Part shown: positions 10,920-21,300 of the stretch, in pieces
Layout of the letters: the number at the start of each line of letters is the position of its first letter
Position numbering within the stretch: position 1 is the stretch's first letter
Assembly: GCA_002269645.1 (NCBI GenBank)
Contig: NIVC01000026.1
Span: 1 to 64,000 of the forward strand
Origin: Macrostomum lignano
Taxonomy: Eukaryota
Reading direction: 5' to 3'
Length of the DNA stretch: 64,000 nt
Position numbers and translations under genes: made by a program
Notes under the pieces: model-generated
The model's database searches: none
Seen by the model: only the letters and a program-made list of their open reading frames with translations
Told to the model about the DNA's origin: nothing

Positions 10920-13900
10920 TTAAAGTTCGTCCTTGGCCGCAGCATCGGCGGGCAATTTTTCCATGAAAGTCTTGACGCCAGCCTCCGTGATGGGCGCCTC
11001 AGCATAGTCCTGGCTCTTCTTGCCGTCACTAAACAGCATGAAGGTTGGGAAGCCTTCGACTTTCTGGTCCTCGCACAGCTCTGCGGAATAGATGAGGTTT
11101 TTAAGGTTGAAAATCCTGCTCTACTGAGTGTCTACTCATCTACTCTAATGAGTGCCTACTCATCTACTCTAATGAGTGCCTACTCATCTACTCTAATGAG
11201 TGTCTACTCATCTACTCTAATGAGTGCCTACTCATCTACTCTAATCACCCACGCAATGACCCCCCAAGCTCACTCTCGTTAGCCTTGACATCGCAGTTGA
11301 CGGCCGCCAAGACTTTGCCCTGCGCTCCAACCAGACCTTCGGCCGCTTTGTCGAACGCGGGCTTGGCCTGCTGGCAGTGCGGGCACCAAGGCGCGTAGAA
11401 CATCACCAGGACGTACTTGTTAGACTTGATTGACTCGTCGAACTGCTCAGAGCCCTCCAAGTAGGTCACATGCTTCATCTTGTCCTCGGGCTTCTCAGCT
11501 TGCGCACCAGCGGCCGATTCTTCTTTGCCGCTGTCTCCCGGCTTTTTCTCTTCTTCCACCGGAGTGGGCGGCACCTTCTCTTTAGGCGGGTTGCTGATGA
11601 AATCCAACAGCGGTTTGGCCTCAATTTCGTCCTCGAACTCCGCCCACATTTCGCGCTTCTTCATCAGTCGGATAGTGGGGTAGCCTTCCACTTTCTCGTC
11701 TTCGCAGAGCTCTGTAATATTATGTTATGGTAACAGTGGTGGCGACTTTAAAGACAGTGGTTAATAAAACATCAAAGAAGCAAATACAGTGTCGGTAAAC
11801 ATCAAAGAGCCATCAGTGTCGGCAGAGATCAAAGAAAAAAGCACAGTGTCGGTAAACATCAAAGAACCACCAGTGTCGGCAGAGATCAAAGAAGCAAGCA
11901 CAGTGTCGGCAGAGATCAAAGAAGCAAGCACTGTGTCGGCAAACATCAAAGAACCATCAGTGTCGGCAGAGATCAAAGAAGCAAGCACAGTGTCGGCAGA
12001 GATCAAAGAAGCAAGCACAGTGTCGGCAGAGATCAAAGAAACAAGCACTGTGTCGGCAAACATCAAAGAACCATCAGTGTCGGCAGAGATCAAAGAAGCA
12101 AGCACAGTGTCGGCAGAGATCAAAGAAACAACACAGTGTCGGCAGAGATCAAAGAACTTGTCCCAAATGTCAACAATCCACTCACTCTGGTTGTCCTTCT
12201 GGTCGCAGTTGATCGCCGCCAAGATATTTCCTGCCACCGGTTTGGCTTCCAAATCCTTGGCCGCCTTCTCGAACTTCGGTTTGCTGTCCTTGCAGTGCGG
12301 GCACCAGGGAGCATAGTAAAAGACCAGAACGAACTCATGGCTATTTAGGATCTCTGAGTAGTTGCCGGCGCCCAGGTAGGTCACGCCGGCCATGCTGCGA
12401 TGGTTAAAACGGATTGAAAAAATTTAAATAATCTGACTAGCTATACTAGGTCCCGATCAAGTACTGAAAGTAGTGCGCATTGTAAAAACTAGTATTTATT
12501 ATGATTATATTAATAAACGATTACAACGTACTGTCCACCTAAGGCAATGTCGTTAACACACCGAAGACAATGTCGGTAATACACCGAAGACAATGTCGGT
12601 AATACACCGAAGACAATGTCGATAATACATTAAAGACAATGTCAATAACACATCGAAGACAATGTCGGTAATACACCGAAGACACTGTCGGTAACACACC
12701 GAAGACACTGTCGGTAACCCACCGAAGACAATGTCGGTAGCACACGGAAGACAGCGTCGGTAACACACCAAAGACAATGTCGGTAGCACACGGAAGATAG
12801 CGTCGGTAACACACCAAAGACAATGTCGGTAACACACCGTAAACAGCAATTACGAGAGCAGCAACTCACAAGGTGTCGGGCTCCGAGTCCTGGTCGTCCT
12901 TCTCGCTGCCAGTCGAAGACGACGGCGGCGGCCGTTTCTCGCCTTCCTTTGGCGGATTCTTCATGAATTCGATGAGCGCCTTCTCGTTGTTGTCATCCTC
13001 AAAGTCCTGGATGAGCTTGCCTTTGCTGTAGAACTTGATAGTCGGATAGCCCTCGATTTTCTCTTTGGCGCACAGGTCTGGCGAGGTTTTGGTGGGCAGT
13101 GAGGGTGAGAGCGTAGAGTGGATAGATAGAGACAGAAGTGTAGAGTCGTGAGATTGTTAGAGTTGGTAGATAGAGACAGTAGATAGGTAGATATTAGCTT
13201 GTAGAAGCATGAGAGAGTAGATTGGGTAGATAGAGACGGCAGATAAGTAGATAGTAGAAGCGTGAGAGAGTAGATTGGGTAGATAGAGACGGCAGATAAG
13301 TAGATAGTAGAAGCGTGAGAGAGTAGATTGGGTAGATAGAGACGGCAGATAAGTAGATGGTAGAAGTGTGAGAGAGTAGATTGGGTAGATAGAGACGGCA
13401 GATAAGTAGATAGTAGAAGCGTGAGAGAGTAGATTGGGTAGATAGAGACGGCAGATAAGTAGATAGTAGAAGCGTGAGAGAGTAGATTGGGTAGATAGAG
13501 ACGGCAGATAAGTAGATAGTAGAAGCGTGAGAGAGTAGATTGGGTAGATAGAGACGGCAGATAAGTAGATAGTAGAAGCGTGAGAGAGTAGATTGGGTAG
13601 ATAGAGACGGCAGATAAGTAGATAGTAGAAGCGTGAGAGAGTAGATTGGGTAGATAGAGACGGCAGATAAGTAGATAGTAGAAGCGTGAGAGAGTAGATT
13701 GGGTAGATAGAGACGGCAGATAAGTAGATAGTAGAAGCGTGAGAGAGTAGATTGGGTAGATAGAGACGGCAGATAAGTAGATAGTAGAAGCGTGAGAGAG
13801 TAGAGTGTGTAGATAGAGACGGCAGATAAGTAGATAGTAGAAGCGTGAGAGAGTAGATTGGGTAGATAGAGACGGCAGATAAGTAGATAGTAGAAGCGTG

Positions 13901-14488
13901 AGAGAGTAGAGTGTGTAGATAGAGACGGCAGATAAGTAGATAGTAGAAGCGTGAGAGAGTAGATTGGGTAGATAGAGACGGCAGATAAGTAAATAGTAGA
14001 AGCGTGAGAGAGTAGATTGGGTAGATAGAGACGGCAGATAAGTAGATAGTAGAAGCGTGAGAGAGTAGAGTGTGTAGATAGAGACGGTAAATAGAAGAAG
14101 TGTCAGAGAATAGAGTGGGAGTGAGAGAACGCACATGTCACTGCCCGAAGTCCAATGTACGGTAACTACCGATATGTAACGAAAAGAACTTATTAGCCAA
14201 AGCATGACACGGTAAATTACCCTGATTCTTCTTTTCATCGCAGTTGACCATGCCCATAACTTTGCCAGGCTCTTTGGTCACCTCCTTGGCTGCGTTATTG
14301 AACTTCGGCTTGGCCTCGACGCAGTGCGGGCACCAGGGCGCGTAGAACATCACCAGGGAGCCATCGTTGGTGTCGATAGTCTTGTGAAAGCTGGCCGCGT
14401 CGAGTTCAAGAGCCTCGGCGCTGACGGAATGCGCCAGAATGGGCAGCAGCAGCAGGATGGCTAGCAGTGACTGATTTTCCAACAGCAT
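10920..14488 (-). CDS. ER protein disulfide isomerase family protein: signal peptide, three thioredoxin domains (WCPHC x3), C-terminal KDEL; exons 14488-14221, 13077-12870, 12394-12186, 11711-11274, 11080-10920; 427 aa
   Basis: All junctions are GT-AG with matching phases (1,2,1,1), total 1284 nt. Three FYAPWCPHC motifs, each with a downstream GY/FPT cis-Pro loop. Ends ...ADAAAKDEL*. Architecture resembles TXNDC5/ERp46; the CPHC motif resembles PDIA5. Confidence 0.9.
11118..11245. repeat. 24-bp minisatellite in PDI intron 4
   Basis: Unit ctactctaatgagtgcctactcat, about 5 copies. Confidence 0.9.
11765..12160. repeat. ~21/24-bp minisatellite in PDI intron 3
   Basis: Unit cagtgtcggcagagatcaaagaa(gcaagca). 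Confidence 0.9.
12550..12840. repeat. ~21-bp minisatellite in PDI intron 2
   Basis: Unit acaccgaagacaatgtcggta. Confidence 0.9.
13190..14090. repeat. 53-bp minisatellite in PDI intron 1
   Basis: Unit agtagattgggtagatagagacggcagataagtagatagtagaagcgtgagag, period 53. Confidence 0.95.
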
Positions 14489-14632
14489 ATTTAAATTCGA
14501 TTTTGTTTAACTGTGATGGAACTTTACGAATAAGCTGGACAGCCAGTTAGAAAGCAGGTAGTTTGAGCAGATATTCAACTCAGTAAAAATATTATTAACG
14601 CTTTATAGAGTGACGCGACATTCGAGTTGTGG

Positions 14633-14640
14633 TGACGTGG
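14633..14640 (+). promoter_or_regulatory. UPRE-like element TGACGTGG upstream of the PDI-family gene
   Basis: Exact match to the XBP1/ATF6 UPRE consensus, ~145 nt upstream of the ATG of a KDEL oxidoreductase. An 8-mer can occur by chance. Confidence 0.4.
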
Positions 14641-14926
14641 TTTAAATGGTGCTACCCCACTCCTCGGTTTAAACTCACTGCACAGGGGGCTACCAACCCC
14701 CCCCCCCCCCTGCACATCCAGCACAATAGACACGGTCTAATTGTTCTCACTGACTATTAGCAGTAGCCACAAGATGCCAAAATCCGACGACACACTTGGC
14801 TGCAGCTGATTGGCTGAGGGGACGGGGGTCGCCGCCAACCCCCCTCTTTTATGGCCAAGGAGATCTTGAAAAATAGGCATCTAGAGTTACTGATTCCAGA
14901 TTTACGTAAGCTTTAAAGGGTAAAGC

Positions 14927-15219
14927 GCGGGGGGCATCACAAACCCGAAAAATCACAACTCCGAAAAGCGCTTTCCATCACAAACCTGAAATATTTTAAC
15001 TCCGAAAGTGTTATCAACGCCCATCATAAACCCGAAATATCATAAACCCGAAATATCACAAACCCGAAATATCATAACTCCGAAAGTTCTAGCAATGTCC
15101 AACACTAGTTTGGTTTTTGGGGTTATGATATTTCGGGTTTATGATGGGCGTTGCTATTTTGTTTTTTCGGAGTTGTGATTTTTCGGGTTTGTGATATGTC
15201 GGGTTTATGATGGCGACCC
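14927..15219. mobile_element. hAT-like MITE with internal inverted subrepeats
   Basis: 8-bp direct repeat ggtaaagc at 14919-14926 and 15220-15227. Imperfect TIR (catcacaaacccga / tcgggtttatgatg). Internal cccgaaatatcataaa repeats occur in both orientations. Confidence 0.55.
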
Positions 15220-16289
15220 GGTAAAGCTTTAATAAAAAAGCCAATATCAGACACCACGATCGTCTTTTAAGCGCCATCTTGCAGGCGCCATCTTGTAGGC
15301 GCCATCTTGTGAGCGCCATCTTGTGGACACCATTTTGTAGGCGCCATCAAGAGGGGACGCTATCTTAAAGGCAATGCCAGCAGCCAAAGCAGCTGTTAAA
15401 GAACTAAAGAAAAATCTTTAAAAAGCATCGTTCTGCACAGGCAAATATAAAAACATCACCTACAGTCTGACTCAAAGTACGCAATAGTAAATTGTAATAT
15501 TTTTCGCAGATAAATGCATAGGATAAGAATAGTGAGTTGTACACCCAACCAAGTCCAGAGCCGTAGAACACTCTATAAAACTCCTTGCGACTTTATAAAA
15601 TGGACACGAATGAGTGAATAAGAGCATAGTGAGTGCATGGCCACCATGAGCTTGTTGCTCAGCTCATTCAGCTCGTGCAAGCTCAGGCGTGTATTAGAAT
15701 AAGAATTACTATATAAAACGCCATCTATACAGTAATACCAGGTATGTCGTAGGTTATGCAGAGCCAGGCAGTAGTTGACTTGTGCTCAAAACGAGTGAGA
15801 GAAGGAAGGGGAGAGAGAGGTTGAATGCCACGTGGCTTCATTCTAGAGCCCAGCTTACATTTTCAGCTGTTCCAAAGCCGAGTAAGGGGAAGGACTCGGC
15901 AGTCAGTTGTAAGGGTTCAACGATCGCAACCCCCACTCGACGCCGATTTCAACTGGTGCGGCAGACGCGCTATGACTAAGCAGCAAGGAGAGTCTTGATA
16001 GATAGATTTTAAAAACAGCTGGAAACAGTTCGAGGCGGCAAGGAGGGGTTGGAACGGCAGGTCCACGGCAGCCCATGTGCTCATATCGTGCTCAACCGCT
16101 AGGAGCTGACTTTGAGCTGAACAAGAACCTTAAATCATGCAACTAGGCTTAGCATTCTGACTAATAATAATTTCAGATGCCCTGCAGACAGACGAGATTC
16201 TGCCCGTCTTTTGGAGTCTGGCTCTCATGGCTGTGACTGCACACCAGCTCCAAAGTGAGTCAGATCTCTTGCGGAATCGAGCCCGTGAC

Positions 16290-17410
16290 CAGGCGCGTCG
16301 CCATGGATTTTATGGCAGTGGGGGAAAAGCCCAGAATTCTACGTGTACATGTACATAAATATGACTAAATTCCTACATGCACATTATTGTCAGAATCGGT
16401 GTTGTTAGCGATCATTTTAGCGCCATGGGCACTCATTTTAGCGCCACAAGCACTCTGGCGCCACAGGCACTCATTTTGGCGCCGCAGGCACTCATTTTGG
16501 CACTGCAGGCACTCATTTTAGCGCCGCAGGCACTCATTTTAGCGCCATGGGCACTCATTTTAGCGCCACAAGCACTCTGGCGCCACAGGCACTCATTTTG
16601 GCGCCGCAGGCACTCATTTTGGCACTGCAGGCACTCATTTTAGCGCCGCAGTCACTCATTTTAGCGCCATGGGCACTCATTTTAGCGCCACAAGCACTCT
16701 GGCGCCACAGGCACTCATTTTAGCGCCGCAGGCACTCATTTTAGCGCCACAGGCACTCATTTTAGCGCCGCAGACACTCATTTTAGCGCCGCAGACACTC
16801 ATTTTAGCGCCGCAGACACTCATTTTAGCGCCGCAGGCACTCATTTTAGCGCCGCAGGCACTCATTTTAGCGCCGCAGGCAGTCATTTTAGCGCCGCAGG
16901 CACTCATTTTAGCGCCGCAGGCAGTCATTTTGGAGCCGCAGGCACTCATTTTAGCGCCGCAGGCAGTCATTTTGGAGCCGCAGGCACTCATTTTAGCGCC
17001 ACAAGCACTTATTTTGGCGCTGTAGGCACTTTTTTTGCGCCGCAGGCACTCATTTTAGCACCGCAGGCACTCATTTTGGCGCCGTAGGCACACTTTTTTT
17101 GGCGCCGTAGGCACTTATTTTAGCGCTGTAGGCACTTTTTTTGCGCCGCAGGCACTCATTTTAGCGCCACAGGCACTCATTTTGGCGCCGTAGGCACTCT
17201 TTTGGCGCCGTAGGCACTCATTTTAGCGCCACAAGCACTCATTTCGGCGCTGCAGGCACTTTTTTTGCGCCGCAGGCGCTGTCTTGTCGCCTAGAAGCAA
17301 AACTATTGATTTCCATAACGAGTCACAAGGTGGGGTAGGGGGAAGATTCATTGGCATGTCTCCCATAGCTTTTACTGGGGAGACATGTCCCTCCTGTCCC
17401 CGGCGGAGAA
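16290..17410. mobile_element. Non-autonomous hAT-like element carrying a 21-bp minisatellite; right TIR eroded
   Basis: Starts caggcgcgtcgccatggatt like the 54376 copy. Interior is (gcaggcactcattttagcgcc)n from 16420-17280. The 3' end shares ccatagcttttactgggg-gacatgtccc with the 54376 copy. Confidence 0.7.
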
Positions 17411-18367
17411 TAATGGAGACATTATACCAAATTAATTATTTCGTTTAACGGACATATGAGTATGTATAAGTAATTAAATAACTATATATTTTTGATAAGC
17501 CTTTGTCATAATGGTAGTACTAATAATAATAATAATAATAATAAATATACTACTCACGTTAAAACTCTGCTGCAGTTGCTGACGCAAAAAAGAATGCATG
17601 CTTTTATAGTACAGGAGAATGGACTGTACAAAGATTGAATTTTGTGTCGAATAAAAAGCAATAAAAGCAGAAAAAGCAAAGCGAACTCTTTTTCTATACA
17701 AAATTTATGCAATAGAAATAAAAACAGCAGGATGCGTTGATGTGTTGCATATTATTTGCAGAATAATAGTGTTTAAATAAATACGCCTGAATCGCACTAC
17801 TGATATAAGCAGAGTAGGAGCATTGTTTTATTTTAAAACTGAATGAAAAAATTTAAAACAGTTTTTCTACAAATCGTTTGATTTTTTACTCATAAAATTC
17901 TATACTTGCCTACTGCTAGTAGAGTAGGTTAAGGGAGTTTTTCATTCATTATTAAATTATTTAAAATAAAAAAGTAACTACACAGGCCAGGCCTTGCTTT
18001 GATTTAAAAAAAACAACGCGCACTCAATCAATGGAAATTATACTACTGATTAACTACAAAAGATAAGTAGTTAATTAAATATATAAAAATAAATGGCAAA
18101 AATGTTTGTTTTAATTGAAAAGATGAAAAAAGCATCGAAGAGAGCAAAAACACGATTAAGCAGCATGATTATAAAATACAGTTCAAACGCTTAAATAGTG
18201 CTATAGAAATAAGTGCCTAATCATGTAAATACCGGTACACTAATAAAAAGTCGAAATTATACTTTTTAGTAACTATAGTTTTTTAACGACGCGTTAATAA
18301 AAACCAGCAGCTGCAGTTTTTGTTCGTTTGAAAATAATTATTAATAAAAATAACAACAGCTACACGC

Positions 18368-21300
18368 CTACATGGCATGGTAGGGATATGATGGCGGATG
18401 CTGGGCAGGATGGTAGGGCTGCTGCAGATAGTCAGGATATTGCTGAGCATAGTCCGGCGGAGCACTAGCAGATGATGCTGAAGCCATCATCACTTGACGT
18501 TGCGACATCAGGTGCTGATGCTGGTAGTGCTGGTACTGCTGCTGCTGATAGTAAACTGGCGGCTGCTGCTGATGCTGAGGGTACATCTGCGGGTACTGCT
18601 GCTGCTGGTAGGGTGGCCCGCCGGCAGCTGAGGATGTGGCAGCGGCTGCGGCTGCCGAAGCCGCTGCGGCGGCGGCCGCTGCTGCCGCAGGCTGCGCTGT
18701 CGCAGCTGATGAAGCCGGCGGAGCGGCAGCAGAAGCAGCAGCAGAAGCGGTGGCATTGGTACCACTACTACTACTAGTAGGCATGTACTGGATTGTGTTC
18801 GCACTGCGTGCGGAGATCTGCACACCGGCAGTTGATGTCGGATGCTGCGGGGGTGGCGGCTGCTGATGCTGATGATGATGATAATGATGATGAGGCGGCG
18901 GCTGAGGAGGCTGAGTTGACTGCTGTTGCACCTGCATATGAGCCTGTGCGCCCATACCGTTAACTGTTTGATAATTCATTTGCTGGACATTCACTTGGGC
19001 ATTAACGAATGTGTTGTTAACCACCATTGGCGGCTGCTGCTGAGGTGGCTGTTGCTGTTGTTGTTGTTGCTGTTGCTGCTGTTGCTGCGGAGGCTGGTGC
19101 ACCACAGGCGGCTGGGCCATGCTGATAGACTGGAACGGACCGCCGCCCATTGGTACATCTTTGCTCAGCTTGGCTAGGCTGGCTAAGCTAGCCGAAGTGA
19201 TGTTGCCTAAAGTGGAAGATCGAGACGAACAGTTTGTAGTCTGGTGCTGCTGCTGCTGCTGCGGGGGCGGCGGGTTCGGGTGATCGAAGGGCGGCATGGA
19301 CTCGGCAGGCAGTTTGCAGGGCTCAGACACCACAGATGGCGGCTGCGGTGGCGGCTGCTCAACTGACTGCGGAGGCTGCTGTGGCACCTGCGGCTCCTTT
19401 TTGCGTCGCTTTGTCGTCTTGGCAGCTGGCGGCGCTGCCGGAGGCGGAGGCGGCGGCGGGACGGGAGGAGGAAGCTGGGCAGCAGGATGATGATGATGAT
19501 GATGATGATGAGGTGGTGGTGGCGGAGGGTTGTACATCATCATCGGCTCAGCATCATATTGAGCAGGTTGATGACCAGGTGGAGCCAGCATCCTCTGCTG
19601 ATGGTGCTGATACGGCTGGTGATAGCCTGGGTACATCTGCTGTGCATTGCTACCGCTGTTATTAGTCATATTATTATTATTACTATTGTTATTATAGGGC
19701 CGTTTAGCTGCCGCTGGCTGTTGCTTGTTGCTACCGGAAGAAGAGTTTGCTGTCGCGGCGGCTGCAGCGGCTGCAGCGGCTGCTGCTGCTGCTGCTGGAT
19801 TAGGATGCTGCATCTGATGAGGCTGAGGATGCTGATGATGAGGCGGTGGCGGCATCATAGCCGTGGGCGGCGGCTGCATGAACTGCGGCTGCTGATGCTG
19901 CTGATAAGTGGCAGCTAAATAAGGATTATCCATATAGTGCTGCCTGACCATGTCTTTCCACTGCTGCTGGGCCCTGGCCTGGTCTGCGCTGTGAGGCGGC
20001 GGCAGCCCAGCCGCTGCCACCGCTGCCGCTGCCGCTGCGGCCGCCGCTCCAGACTGGGCAGCAGAGGACACCGCTGAATGAAGGGGCGGCGGTGGCGGCT
20101 GTTCAACAGCAGCGGCAGCGGCTGACAGGCCAACAGACTGGCCAATCTGTTTGATTCGTTGAATTTTCTCCTCCCGCTTGCGCAACTGTTCAGGCGTAAC
20201 TACCGGCGCCTGCTGCTGCGACGTCATTCGTTCAACGCAGGCCTGATGCCATTTGTCCGGCTTTAAACTTGGCGAGCTCAGGCACTGGCGGGCGCAATCG
20301 TTGGCCATGTGACTGGTGAAGACTCGAACTGCGGGCGCGCCGCTGGGGTTGGGGTAGTACAGCTGCGGGCTCGACTGGTGATGCTGAGGATGAAGCGCCT
20401 GACAGGTGGCTGGCTGATGAGGATACGATGGCCGAGTATTCGAAGCCGGAGCGAACTGCGGAAAATCAGTGAATTAGCGAGCCATTGATTTTTCTGGAAT
20501 GCGCTTATCTTACTACTCTTTCTTTGCTTCAGTAGCTAATCAAGCGTTCTCTGCGCTCATACAAGGTGTACAATCCCCTTTCTTAGAAACAGTGATAATG
20601 ACTCACGCAATCGCTGGGGCCGAACTGCTGCGACAGATCTGGTAAGTCCGAACGCGAACCCGGATAACAGCTGACAGATTGTTGCGAATAATAATCGGGA
20701 TATTGTTGATGATGAAGAGTCTGGTGATGCTGCTGATAGGGAAGCTGCTGCTGATGATAGTGCTGATTGTACATCGGCGACATTGGGTGCTGGAAAATAA
20801 ATGATTAGGATTACTAGCGTGTAGTTCTTACTTAAAAATTTCACTAAAATGATCATCAGTCTGACTTGCGCAAATCTTACCCTAGATTTCGAATCGATTT
20901 GAAATTTTAAATCTTTTTGAAAATCTCACCCTAGATTTTGAATATTTTGAAAATATCACACCAGATTTGGAATCTTTTTGAAAATCTCACCCTAGATTTT
21001 GAATGCACGCAAAAAATCTCACCCTAGATTTTGAAGGCACGCAAAATCTCACCCTAGATTTTGAATGCACGCAAAAAATCTCACCCTAGATTTTGAAGGC
21101 ACGCAAAAATCTCACCCTAGATTTTGAATGCATGCAAAAAATCTCACCCTAGACTTTGAATGCACGCAAAAAATCTCACCCTAGATTTTGAATGCACACA
21201 AAAAATCTCACCCTAGATTTTGAATGCACCCAAAAAATCTCACCCTAGATTTTGAATGCACACAAAAAATCTCACCCTAGATATTGAATTCACGCAAAAA

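Noticed and set aside
12961-14238. Long ORFs (425 aa, 325 aa; also 16377-17025, 25999-26730, 58183-59359, 60026-61244, 63317-63886)
   Set aside because: They are translations of stop-poor minisatellites, open in several frames, and mostly lie inside introns of supported genes.
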